DNA of 64,000 nucleotides from Camelus dromedarius (taxonomy: Eukaryota): positions 9,302,001-9,366,000 of the forward strand of contig NC_087437.1 of NCBI RefSeq assembly GCF_036321535.1. The letters run 5' to 3'. This document shows positions 48,784-61,710 of the stretch, piece after piece; positions within the stretch are counted from its first letter, which is position 1; the number at the start of each line of letters is the position of its first letter. Made by a program: the position numbers and the translations under genes. The notes beneath the pieces were generated by a model, which did not search any database, was not told the origin of the DNA, and was given only the letters and a program-made list of their open reading frames with translations.

Positions 48784-51700
48784 TTTTTCATTATAGCATA
48801 TTGCAAAATATTAAATACAGTTCCCCATACTATACAGTAGGGCCTTATTGTTTATTGTATATACAGTAGTTTTTATCTACTAATACCAAGTTCCTAATTT
48901 ATCCTTCCCCTGCCTTACCCTTTGGCAACCATAAGTTTGTTCTCTATGTCTGTGAATCTGTTTCTGTTTTGTAAATAAGTTCATCTGTATCATTTTTTTA
49001 GATTCCACATATAAGTGATATCATATATTTGTCTTTCTCTGTCTGGCTTACTTCACTTAGTATGATGATCTCTAGGTCCATCCATGTTGCTACAAATGAC
49101 ATTATTTAATTCTTTTTTATGGCTGAGTAATATTCTATTGTATAAATATACCACATCTTCTTTATCCAGTCATCTATCAATGGACATTTTTAAATTGCTT
49201 CCATGTCCTGGCTATTGTATATAGTGCTGCTATGAATACTGGGGTGCATGCATTTTTCAAATTAGAGTTTTCTCAGGGTATATGCCCAGGAGTGTGATTG
49301 CTGGATGATACTGCAACTCTATTTTTAGTTTTTTTTAGGAAACTACATACTATTTTCCATAGTGGCTGCACCAATTTACATTCCCACCAGCAGTGTAGGA
49401 GTGTTCACATTTCTCCATACCCTCTAACCAGCATTTATTATTTGTAGACTTTTGAATGATGGACATTCTGACTGGGTGAGGTGATACCTCATTATAGTTT
49501 TGATTTGTGTTTCTCTAATAATTAGTGAACTTGAGCATCTTTTCATATGCCTATTGGCTATCTGTATGTTTTCATTAGAGAAATATTTGTTTAGGTCTTC
49601 TGCCCATTCTTCCAATCCAAGAGCATGGGGTATCTTTCCATTTCTTTAAAACATCTTTAATTTCCTTAACATATTGATCGCTGCATCACCCAAATCTGGG
49701 TGACAGTTGGGTTTCTTCAGGGGCACCTGATCCACAGTGGGCAACCAAAATGTTCATCAGTGTTACATAGTTCTCAGCATATAAGTCTTTCACCTCCTTG
49801 GTCAGGTTTATTCCTAAGAATTTTTTGATGCAATTTTAAAAGGAACTTTTTTTTCACTTTCCATTTCTGATATTTCATTATTAGTGTAAAGAAATGCAAC
49901 AGACTTCTGTATGTTAATCTTGTATCCTGCTACTTTGCTAAATTCATTTATCAGTTCTAGTAGTTTTGTGTGGAATCTTTAGGGTGTGTTTACATATATA
50001 TTTTATATATATATACAAACACATATACATATATATATATAATATATATATACACACACACATATACATGTTATCTGCATATAATGGCAACTTTATATCT
50101 TCCCTTCCAATTTGGATACCTTTTATTTCTTTTTCTTATGTGATGACTGTGGCTAGGATTTCTAACACTATGTTGAATAGAAGTGTGACAGTGGGCATCC
50201 TTGTCTTGTTCCAGATTTTAGCAGGAAGGTTTTCAACTTTTCACCATTGAGTATGTTGGCTGTCATAAATAACTTTTATTATGTCGAGATAAGTTCTCTT
50301 TTACCACTTTGGTAAAAGTTTTTATTATGAATGGATGTTGAAGTTTTATCAAATGCTTTTTCTGCATCTATTGAGATGATAATTTGATTTTTGCCCTTTC
50401 TTTTGTTGATGCAGTATATCACATTAACTGATCTGCATATGTTGAACCATCCTTGTGTCCCTGGGATGAATCCAGTTTGATCATTTGATGTGTTCTTGGT
50501 CTCAGTTTGTTAATATTTTGTTGAGAATGTTTGCATCCACATTCGTCAAAGATACTGGCCTCTAATTTTCCTTTTTAGTAGTATCTTTGCCTGGTTTTGG
50601 TATCAGGATGATGGTGGCTTCATAAAATAAGTTTGGGAGTATTCCCTCCCCTTCAGCCTTTTGGAAGAGTCTGAGAAGGATCAGTATAAATCCTTTGTAT
50701 GTTTTGTAGAATTCCCTAGTGAAGCCATCTGGTCCTGGACTTTTCTATGCAGGGAGTTTGTTTCATTTTGTTTTATTTGTCTGTTTTCAATTACAAATTC
50801 TAGTGATCAGTCTGTTCAAATTATCTATTTCTTATTAACTAAGTTTTGATGGACTGCATGTTTCTAGAAACTTGTCCATTTTTTCTAGGTTGTCCAATTT
50901 GTTGGCATATAATTGCTCATGGCAATCTCTTATTTTTGGTGTATTTCTGTGGTCTCAGTTGTTGTATCTCCTGTTTCATTTCTTATTTTGTTTATTTGGG
51001 TCCTATCTCTTTTCTTCTTGCTAAGCCTGGCCAGAGGTTGATCAATTTTGTTTAACTTTTTCAAAGAACCAGCTCTTGGTTTTATTGGTTTTTTTCCCAT
51101 TGTTTTTTATTCTCTATTTCATTTATTTCTTCTCTGATCTTTATTATTTCCTTCCTTCTGCTGACTTGATGTTTCGTTTATTCTTTTTTTTTTTCCTAAT
51201 TCTTTTAGGTGGTAGGTAATATGGTTCTCAGTTTTTGAGGACGGCTTTTATCTCTATGAACTTCCCTCTTAGGACTTCTTTTGCTGCATTCCACAGATTT
51301 TGTGTGGTTGTGTTTTCATTCTCATTTGTCTCGAGGTATTTTTAGATTTCCTCTTTGATTTCATCATTGGCCCATTGGATTTTTAGTAGCATGTTGTTTA
51401 CCCTCCGTGAACTTGTTTTTTTTTTCCTTGTTTCTGTTTCTGTGTTGATTTCTTATTTCATGCCATTGTGGTCAGAAAAGATGCCTGAAATAATTTCTAT
51501 CCTCTTAAATTTATTTAGGTTTGTTTTGTGTCCTAGCACATTATCTATCATAGAGAATGTTCCATGTGCATTTGAAAATAATATGAGAATAATAATATTC
51601 TTCTATTTTTTCTGCATGTAATGTCTTGAAAATATCAATTAAGTCTAACTGTTCTATTGTTTAGGATCTTTGTTACCTTATTGATTTTCTGTCTGGAAGA

Positions 51701-54700
51701 TCTGTCCATTGATGTCTCTGGGGTGTTAAAATCTCCTACTGTTATTGTATTCCCATCAATATCTCCTTTTATGTCGGTTAGTATTTGTTTTATGTATTTA
51801 GGTGATCCTATATTGGGTGCATATATGTTAATAAGTGTAATAGCCTCTTGTTGTTTCCTTTTATCATTATATAGTATCCTTCTTTATCTTTCTTCATGGT
51901 CTTTGTTTTAAGGTCCATTGTGTCTAAGAATATTGCTACCCTCACTTTCTTATCATTTCCATTTGCACGAAATATCTTTTTCTATCTCTCCACTTTGAAT
52001 CAATATGTGTCCTTTGCCCTAAATTTGGTCTCTTGTAGGAGGCATATTTTAGCTCTTGTTTTATTATCCAATCTACCACTCCATGTCTTTTCATTGCTGC
52101 ATGTAATCCATTGACATTTAAAGTAATTATTGATAGACATGTATTTATTGACATTTTAAACCTTGTTTTCCAGTTGATTTTATACTTCTTCTTTGTTCCT
52201 TTTTTTCTTTGTTTTTCCTTTTGTGGTTTGATGGCTTTCTTTTCTATTATGCATGTTTTCTCTTCTTTTTGATTTTTATGAATCTATTGTATCCTTTTGA
52301 TTTGGAGTTACCTTGTTTTACAAATATGTTAACCCATTACTGTATCTACTTGCTTCAGACTAGTAGTCATATAGACTCAAACACATTAAAAAAAAATCTG
52401 CATTTTCTTACTTTCCTTCCCCACATTTTATGATTTTCATGTCCTATTTTACATCTTCATGTTTATCCTTTTGCAGTTCTTTGTAGTTATCATTGCTTTC
52501 ACAAAAACAAATTTTTTTAAATCTGTATACTGGCTATTTTAAGTGATTTACTTTCTTATTGTGATTTTCCTTTTCCTATAGATTCTTGCTTCTTTTCTAT
52601 TTAGAGAAGACTTTTCAATACTTCTTTTAGGATAGGTTTAGTATTGTTGTATTCTTTTAGCTTTTGCTTGTCTGAGAAAGTCTTTCTCTCTCTTTCTATA
52701 ATAAATGATAATCTTGCTGGATAGAATATCTTAGGTTGTAAGTCTCTTCCCTTTCAGGACTTTGAATATATCTTGCTACTCCCTTCCAGCCTGCAAATTT
52801 CTATAGAGAAATCAGCTGACAGCCTTATGGGGGTAGCCTTGTAATTGACTCTTTGTTTTTCTCTTGCTGCCTTTAGAATCCTCTCTTTAATCTTTAACTT
52901 TTGTCATTTTAATTTTAACATGTCTTAGTGTAGGTCTGTTTGGGTTCATCTTGTTTAGGTCCCTCTGTACTTCCTATATCTGGGTATCTATTTCTATCTT
53001 TAGGCTTGGGAATTTTTTAGCCATAGTTTCTTCAAATACATTTTTAATCCCCTTTTCTCTTTCTTCTCCTTCTGGGATCCCTATTATGCGTTGATTGACA
53101 TGCTTTATATTATCCCATAGGTCTTATATATTGCTTTAATTTTTTTTCATTTGTCTTTCTGTCTGTTGTTCTGATTGGGTGATTTCCATTATTCTATCTT
53201 CCAGGTCACTTATTCATTCTTCTGCATTATTCAGTTTGCTAGTTATTGCCTTTAGCTCAGCTTCCATCTTGGCAAATTAGTTTTCTAATTTTACTTGGTT
53301 CCTCTTTATAGTTTCTAGCTCCTTTTTACAGTAATCTGAATTTTTATCAATAGCCTTTCTTAATTCCTCCAGTATTTTTATTACCTCTTTTTTGGACTCA
53401 AGAGTCTGTTAGACTGGAGAGATCTGTTTCATTGTTCCTTCAGGAGATTTCTCTTGTTCTTTTAATTGGGACTGGTTCCTCTGGTTCTTCATTTTACTTA
53501 CATTTCTGACTCTAACAGTTTAGGAGAAACAGTTATCTGCTGTTGTTTTAAAGGCTGTTTTTATGTGGGAGTGTGCCTGTGTAGCCTGCATGGTCTAATA
53601 TTTTTGCTGTGAGGGCTGTTTTTAATATAGATGGCTGCCACATCTTTCCTCTGTGTGTGTTGGCTGTTATCCACTTGATGAGGGCGGGGGGTATAATTGG
53701 TGTTGGTACCAGAGTCTGCACTGGACGTTGAATGGGGCCTCCTCTTGGCTTTGTGGTTTTCACAGCCTCATCAGGGGCAGGGTATGTACCCTAGGTGTTG
53801 GAGTGAAAGCCAAGATCCATTTCTCAAATGTGATGTGGGGTAGGCAGGACTGGAGCACTCCCATCGGGAGAGGAGCCACTTAGTATTCCTTTTTAGGAAC
53901 TTTATGTAAAGAAGTATGCTCTGTGGTGTCGCATGTCACCTGTTGTGCAGGTTCACAAAGTACACTATTGTTGGTGCTGCCCTCAGCCCTGGGAATGCTG
54001 GCAATATGCTCTGAAGCCCCTCAGGTGCCGTGCTCACAAAGACGCTGGCGCAGATCCATAGGTGCAGATTCACTGAAGACAGGTACCAGGATCACAGTAG
54101 TCACACGCCCGGACCTGCCATGGGAGCTACAGAAGCAGCCCAGGCCCTGGCCCCACCTCTGCATGCACGTGCCCTTGAAGCCCACAGCTGCTAATGCTGA
54201 CCAGCCCCACCCACAGATGTCCTGGTTCGATGTCCCACAAGTGCTGAGTTTACAAAGGCCCCTGCTGAGGAGGCAGCATAAATCCATGGATTACACAGCC
54301 ACTGTGAGAGGGCTCAGATTTCACCCCTGCTTCCTTAGTGGTGTGGTACCTGGAGATCAGCTCAGATTTCAGCCCTGCCTCTACATATGGGCAATGCAGA
54401 GGCACATGTGCACTCCCAGAGCACTTAAAGGCGGAGTCATACCTGCTGTGAGCACACTGAGAGTGAGGCTGCTATGATGGGGTCTCTGCCCCACCCTTCA
54501 TGTGCCCATTAACAATGGCACTTCTATGGCAGACCCAGGCTCTATTCACGTACATCCCAGGTTTCAGCTCGTACACACTCCAGCCCCTTCAGGCTGACTC
54601 CACACAGCCAACCTCAGTCCTCTTCCTGGATCTGTCCTCTGGAGCCCAAGTTTCATCACCCAGATCCCACAAGCACCACCAGATGCGCATCTCGGGCTGG

Positions 54701-55078
54701 GGACTACAGTGAGGTGGCCCAAACCCTCTAATGCAGGTCTCTCTCTGTTCTGCCTGTTGGAATCCAGCTGCTGCACTCTTCTCTGAGCCTCTGAAGCTTC
54801 CTTTCTGTTCTAGCTGATCTCCCAGCTTGTAACAGGGGTTCCCAAGGTGATGGAACCTTTCCGCTTTCACAGCTCCCTCCCAGGGAGTCAGGTCCCATCT
54901 AATTGCCATTTTTTTTCATCCTACTCAGCTATATGGTCATCTTTCTTGCAATTTTGGTTGTCTGAGCTCTTCTGCCAGTGTTCAGCAGGTATTCTGTAAG
55001 AACTGTCCCACATGTAGATGTATTTTTGGTGTATTTGTGGGAGAAGGTGATTCCACATCTTCTATTCCACTGTCTTTT
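48653..55078 (-). mobile_element. Decayed near-full-length LINE-1 (5'UTR ~55078-53493, ORF1 ~53492-52601, spacer, ORF2 52154-~48998 with internal deletion, 3'UTR/poly-A to ~48653)
   Basis: ORF2 start MSINTCLSIITLNVNGLHAAMKRHGVVDWI (APE endonuclease N-terminus); [39 protein letters not shown] (ORF2 C-terminal region); many stops and frameshifts. Confidence 0.95.
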
Positions 55079-55327
55079 TTTTTTAACATTTTTTAATTGA
55101 ATTATAGTCATTTTACAATATTGTGCCAAATTCCAGTGTAGAGCACAATTTTTAAGTTGTACATGAACGTACATATGTTCATTGTCACATTTCTTTTCGC
55201 TGTGAGCTACCACAAGATCTTGTATATATTTCTCTGTGCTATACAGTATAATCTTGTTTATTTATTCTATATATGCTTGTCAGTATCTACAAATTTTGAA
55301 CTCCCAGTCTACCCCTTCCCACCGCCC
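55075..55327 (-). mobile_element. Short camelid-type LINE-1 3' end abutting the 5' end of the long L1
   Basis: ttttaacattttttaattgaattatagtcattttacaat...gtagagcacaattttt...gctgtgagctaccacaagatcttg; a different 3'UTR type from the long L1. Confidence 0.88.
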
Positions 55328-55633
55328 TACTGCTTTATTATTTGCCCAAATTCAAGATAAAATGTGGCATAAAGGGATATGCTTCGGAGAGAGGCAAAAT
55401 GCAAGTTACCCTACTTGTTTCTCTACTACCGTCTTGATTTATGAGTTTCAGAGAGAGCCATTTGCCATTGCCACACCTCACAAGGATCAGGGAAATTGGG
55501 TAGAGATAAAGGAATTTGAGCCAAATTGTATTTGTGGCTTCCTCAACCATACACTGTGCAACTCACCTAAATTTAATAACTGCTTCAAAGCCCCCTTCAC
55601 TTTCTATATGTAGATGGAACTCTGAAACCTTAG

Positions 55634-55928
55634 GAGTGCTTCTCAACTCTCTCTGCTGAAGGACCAGCAATCTCCATCAGTCAAAAGCCAAAACTATTAT
55701 GAAATTTAACAAAAATTAATTACCAGAAAAAAAATAAAATGAAAAAGATATGCAAAATGTAAGTCGTAATTCTTTACTAGCTTCAAAAGATGTAAATTTG
55801 CTCTAAGTTGCTATAAAATTTTCTCAATGTTACTCACTCTCATTCTCAGCACTTATCTCATTGCAGACCTGTTATCAGTTCTTGGACAAGTACATAGAGG
55901 TCTATAAACCACACTTTGAGAAGCACTG
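55634..55928. mobile_element. hAT-Charlie-type MITE
   Basis: Perfect 12-bp terminal inverted repeat AGTGCTTCTCAA (55635-55646) / TTGAGAAGCACT (55916-55927). Confidence 0.8.
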
Positions 55929-57284
55929 AGTCATAAAACCAAATAGTCTGCTGGCAGAAAGTTCTCAATCCTTTGACGAAGCGTAATGAGAAACAGCATT
56001 AACACTGTCTTTCACATTCATGTTGGGAGGGTGTCAAACTTTCCTCAAAATGCAGTCTGAGAAGGTTACTCTTTGATCTGTATGTATTCTTAGCTGTGAA
56101 AATGGATTTTCCCACCAGTTTTGTCCACAGTGTGAAATTCGGTGATTCTCAACATTTAAGGGGGCAAAGGAATCACCTTCAGGAGGTTGTAAAAAATGCT
56201 GATTAGGGTCCCAACACCAGAGCCAGAGTTCAGAATTCAACAGACTTCCTTAACGTTTACAATTTCTGTAGCACTTTCGATCTTTAACACCTTTAGACAC
56301 TTAATATGAGGTCAATACAATTACGCTAGTTTCACAGATGAGAAAACAAGAACTCAAGAGTTTTGCCATAGATAAAGTATTAGACACAGAACTCAGATCT
56401 TTTAGATTCTAAGTGTATTTTTTTTTTTCTTATGTGGGTAGATGGGTCTTGATCTTAAAACGTCTAAATTGTTAGTAGGACAGGATAATTTTTTTGAAAT
56501 TTATTACTACTTAAAGTTATTTATTCCTCTGACAATGACAGCCTGTACACATAAATGCTTGGGAGGGTGACATTATGTACGGTCCAAGGAAACTTTAGAT
56601 GTTCTTTTTCATAACTGTCCAATCACCCAGAATATTATTTGGGAGATAGCTTACTTTCTTGGAGCTAAGACTTCTAAAGAATGACAGATTATTTAGTTAA
56701 TTAGCTTCTAATGTGTACCAAGGCTCTGACAGCTAATTAAAGAAACTACAACTATTTTACAGGCAAGAGATCACCTAGCTATGTTGTAGATGAAATTGCC
56801 CTGGACTCAGATCACTTTACACCTAAATCCAGCCATGACTCAGTGATTTTTACTTGTGTAATTTGCGGCAGAAAATTATTTTATTTCACATCTTTGAGTT
56901 TCCTTACCTATATCATCCAGATAGTATCTGTAACATGAAAGGCTGTTATGAAATCAGATTTTTTTAAAAAGTGGGTGTAAAATTGCCTTCCGGAATAGCC
57001 CTTGTCACTTAGCTTATGATCAATAAATTTTTTCAATTAAAAAAAGGCAACATATTGTGTTTTATCTCCTTCTTTCTTTTATAGTAAATACAGGGAGCCT
57101 GAAGGGGCACCAAAGAGAACTTCTATAGAGTGTAAATGACCTATGGTGTAGAATCCTTCTCCCCAGGGATAGGCTTATTTACCATGGAGATAATGGAGAT
57201 AGTTCAGTAAAAAGATGGATGACAAGCTGTCAGAAACATTGTAGAGTGCAAGTGGAGGAAGGTAGACTAGATGGCTGCAAGAAT

Positions 57285-57686
57285 TCATTCTTATTTGGGT
57301 AGCCATGACAATGTATCACAAACTGGGTGTCTTCAACGACAGAAATGTATTTTGTTCTGGAGGCTAGAAGTCCAACATCAAAGTGTCAGCAGAGGGGGTG
57401 CCTCCTGAAGGTGGGCACCTTTCCTCACAAGAGAAGGATCTGTTCCACATCTCCCTTTGTGGCTCACAGAAGGCATTTGCCCTGTGTCTCTTCACATCAT
57501 CTTCCCTCTAGGCCTGTGTCTGTGTTCAAATTTCCCCCTTCTACAAGGATACCAGTCATAATGGATTAGGGCTCACTAAGGATCTAATTTTAACAGATTA
57601 CATCTTCAATGACCCCATTTCCAAATAAGCTCGCATTCTAAGGCACTGCGGGTTATGAATTTGGGGGGTACATTTCAATGCACAGT
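57285..57686 (-). mobile_element. MaLR solo LTR (MLT1B/C-like)
   Basis: cacaaactgggtgtcttcaacgacagaaatgtatt...gttctggaggctagaagtccaacatcaaagtgtcagcag...aaggataccagtcataatggattagggc. Confidence 0.85.
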
Positions 57687-60299
57687 GCTGTGATGCAATG
57701 ATTAGCATCCTTATGAGAAACAGAAGTCGGGAATCTCAGTTCTCATCTCTGCCACTAATGAGCCGTGAAACTGGAAATCTCTCAATCATTCTAGGCTTAT
57801 CTGTAAAATAAGTAAGTTGGAGCAGACACAAATTAACTCAAAAAAGTTTCTTTCATTTTTAAAATGTCTGTATCTAACTTTGGAGTGGGGATCTCCCAAA
57901 GAGCAGGCAGAGCCCACAATAAGCTAGGAACTTAGACTGGCTCTTATTCAGGTCTCCGTATTTGCCCAGGATTGTCGTAAGAAAGTCAGACTAGCAGACG
58001 GGTCAAATACATATGTTTGTAAGAACAAAGCTTAGATTGACTGATAAAGGAAAATAAATGTAATGCATATTAGGCCTCAAACTTTAGTGAGAGGAACGTG
58101 TTCAGACCTCCAAATATCACTGAAGGAAGAGATAAAAAAAACAATTTACCAAGCAGATTGTCACTAAAGAGAGAACTGAGTGGCAGGGGAAGAGCAGCAG
58201 GGAGATGTTTTTGTTCTCAACATATTTGAATGATAAGAAAATATGTTACCTTGTCAAAGAGTAAACAAGTATTAAAACAGAAAAAAAAATTGTGTTTAGG
58301 GCAATTGTTTATCTTTTATTCTCAAGCCTAGATGTTCTGGATTTGTCATTTTATATTTGAGAGTCCCTATAAATAGGGACTTTTACAACTTACAGAACTT
58401 TACAACTTATATAAAAGTATAAGACTTTAACGATTTTTGGTTTTACAGGAAGGGGTAGGGCTCAGCAAACATGCTTATATATCTGTTTCAGTGTGAAAAT
58501 ATATAATGGAAGATTTCAAAACCTTACGTTTCTTAAGATGCTTCTGCTGTGCACATATGGCATATTTAACACACAGAAGTAGCTAGTAATCTGCTACATT
58601 TGTCTTCAAAGGACAAGGAACTTAGCCCTCAATACCATATTTACCACAGCATTTTTTTCACCTGAAAAAATCTCCACACCTTTTACTAGTTGGGACCAAG
58701 AAAAACAGGTTTATTATTCTACCCATAATTTGACCTTGGCTCCCCACCTATTTTAGTGACAGCAGCAATTGTAAAAACTTAGTAAGGATGATTATTAAGG
58801 TGTCAACTGAATTTAATTGACATCTCTCTAAACCCACCAAACGGAGGTGTGGTTAACATTTCCGTAACTCCAACACTGGCTAGGGGAGGGAGGCATCTTC
58901 AGAGCTGGCACAGGGAACAAAGTACAGAGACACAGAGGAGAGCCAAAGTCAAGAATAAGTTTCAAAAGGAAAGGAGACAAAATGTGCCAGTACCTATGGT
59001 AGTATTTCTATTTTAAAGATGGAGAACATAAAAAAGCCTGAAGGGTTTATATCCCAGGATAACAAAAACTTGAACTTGAGATGTTCTATTTTGAGTTCTG
59101 ACTTTCTGTCATTCATTTACACCACTGTCCTTCTATACAAATGGAGTAAATAAATGCTTCAGCCAACATAAAACAATGCATGCATAGTAAAGGGAGGGAT
59201 GGCCCGATACTACGTGTCCTTATGTTTCCTAAGAATTGCTTGAATTAATCATTTCAGTTAGAAATATTCTAATGTATGAAACAGTGGGTAGTTAGAATTC
59301 TTTTTAAATTTTCATTAACTTTCATTCCTCCAATTATGTTTCTTATGATACAGGTCTAATGGTTATTTCTCCTCTATTAGTTATCTATCATGCATTTTTC
59401 CTGTCTGTCTATCTATCTATACATCTATTTGTCTGTCTATCATACATCATCTACCATCCACTCATTCATTCAATAAACGTGCACTGAGTCTTTGCAATAT
59501 TCCAGGCTCTGTATCTTAATGAACAAGATACATGTGGAACTAATCTCAGATCCCAAATTAAACCCACCTTTATCATATAAGCTTTCCTTGGCCACCTCCA
59601 AGTGACCTCTTGAAATTAGTCAGCGCTTGCTTTCAAAGGCTTTTATTTCAGCATTTAATTCCTGAGTTCTTTACAGAATGTTTTAGTGATTCCACTCCAT
59701 TTTCCCAACAAAACGCTTGCATAGAACTGTCTGATGCAGTGTTTTCCTTGGCCACCTCTGCGTGACCTCTTGAACTCATTCACTGAATGAATAAATGAAT
59801 GAAAAACTCATCCACGTATTTTTCTCTCCAACAATTTTGAAATTGTGGCTCTACAGAAAAGCTGAAAACTTTCATAGCAAAATTTTGGCTTTTCACCAGT
59901 TGGGATGCAAGCAGTGATTTCAGATAGATGGAACATAATGAGCATTCAATAAATGGCAGCTGTCACCAAGGTCCTGATCAATGTCACCCCACAAGCAAGG
60001 CTCCGAGTATTTCTGGGAGATAAAACACAACCAGAGAAGGGTCGTACTAGACCTGGTTGTACCAGCTGCAGCTGCTGATACCTTCCGATGTCCCCAAAGC
60101 CCCACCACGCAAACACCAGAAAGTCCTCTAAATGCCACAATGGTGAAGACTCAGCCTGTTAGTGTTGCCCTTGAGTCCTAATAGGCCTGGCACATTGCAG
60201 ACCCTCAGTAAATGTTTGTTAAGTGAATGAAGGAATACTCTCCAGGAGTGTAGGAATTGTCCAAAGCATGTCGTCGTCTTCCTGGCTTCCCCTCCGTCT

Positions 60300-60420
60300 A
60301 CCCAGGTACATTCAAAATCCCAGCCCTACCCCTGAAAGACTAAATCAGAATCTGCATTTTAACACAATTCCCTCAGGGATTCATATGCATCCTAAACATG
60401 GCAAACACTCCCCTAAAACA
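60300..60420. mobile_element. MER5-type hAT MITE fragment
   Basis: agactaaatcagaatctgcattttaacacaattccctcagggattcatatgca. Confidence 0.7.
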
Positions 60421-61479
60421 CATAAAGGTCACTTTCCTGCCTCCCAATGGATGAAACTTCTGAACCCAAACTAATGCCACATTCAAGTGTGTGGGGCTGG
60501 TTGTCTGTAGGGCTGCTGTTTTAGAAAAACAAGAACTAACTAGAGTCAAGTCAGGTGCTAGGATCTGATCCCTTTTTCTCTGTCAGTCTCTCTTTGCCTG
60601 CTTTCTTCCTCCCCATCTGCTCCCCCGCCTGGTGATGAAATCACAGTATACAGAGGAACAGCACAGAGTCAAAACTTCTATGCTGATTTATTTTTTTAAT
60701 ATTAAAGACTATTCAGCCAGAGCAAACTGAAAGCAAAATAGTCATGTCCTGCATCTGCCCACCTTTCTGCCTCTTTGCCCTCTGCGTGACCTCCTCACGC
60801 TTCCGTGTGCATCTTCTGGAAGAGACAAGACGCAATATTTACTGGTGTAGGCAGGTGCTCTAGGTCAAGTTTACTCATTTAATGCTTATGCCAACAGGAA
60901 ATACCGCCACGGATGGGGAACACAGAGTCAGGTTCACTGTCAGTCCCCGTCAGTGACATTCCAAATGTCCACTGTTGTCACAACTACTGGGCAGAATATA
61001 AAAAACAAAAAGGAAATTCTGAGACCGTTGGAGAAAGCCATCATGGAGCATGGCCAGGTTTTACTGGGGTGCTCCAATCCAAACAACATTACAGGGTCTT
61101 CCCTAAGCCCGCTCTCTGCTTTAATCTCCAGCATTTTAAAACTCAGCTACCTCTCTGATAACAAACCTACAAGACACTTAGTCATTATCATTTTATGGAG
61201 CAGGACACTGGGGCGCCGATGGATTTAGCCTCTTGCCCACAACTGCAGACACACTGAGCTTTTCTGATCCCACGTTGCCTTCCTATTCCACCATCACATC
61301 AAGTCTCCTGTTGGCAGCTCAGCACTGCCTCGCCTCTTCCGTGCTCCCCCTTACAACCCAAGGACAGGAAGCCTGAGGTTTAGGCTCCCAAGGTTCTCTG
61401 CCAGCAACTGTCAGCCTTAGATCCCACTAAAGGGAGGCATTTCATAAACTAAAGCATTTCATGACAGAGGTCATAATGT

Positions 61480-61710
61480 AAGTTTTGTGGATGAAAGTAA
61501 CTGGGATTACTAGGCATCCTGTATTTCTGCAACTGCCTGAATCCAAGGAAACAAGCAGAAAAAAACAAGAGCCAACACAGCCTTCTCTGCCCTCTGCTTG
61601 CCAGTCCCTCCAAAGGTTTTCCAAGCATCTAAATCCTTGTATTAATTTCCTTCCTGTTTGCGTGCCTAGAATGGTTTCTATTTTTCTCACCAAACCCTCA
61701 GTAAGACAAC
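61480..61710 (+). mobile_element. ERVL LTR 3' fragment
   Basis: tgtattaatttccttcctgtttgcgtgcctagaatggtttctatttttctcaccaaaccctcagtaagaca. Confidence 0.5.

Noticed and set aside
53923..54477. 184-aa ORF, the longest in the window
   Set aside because: Lies antisense within the GC-richer L1 5'UTR; GTG start; no evidence of coding.
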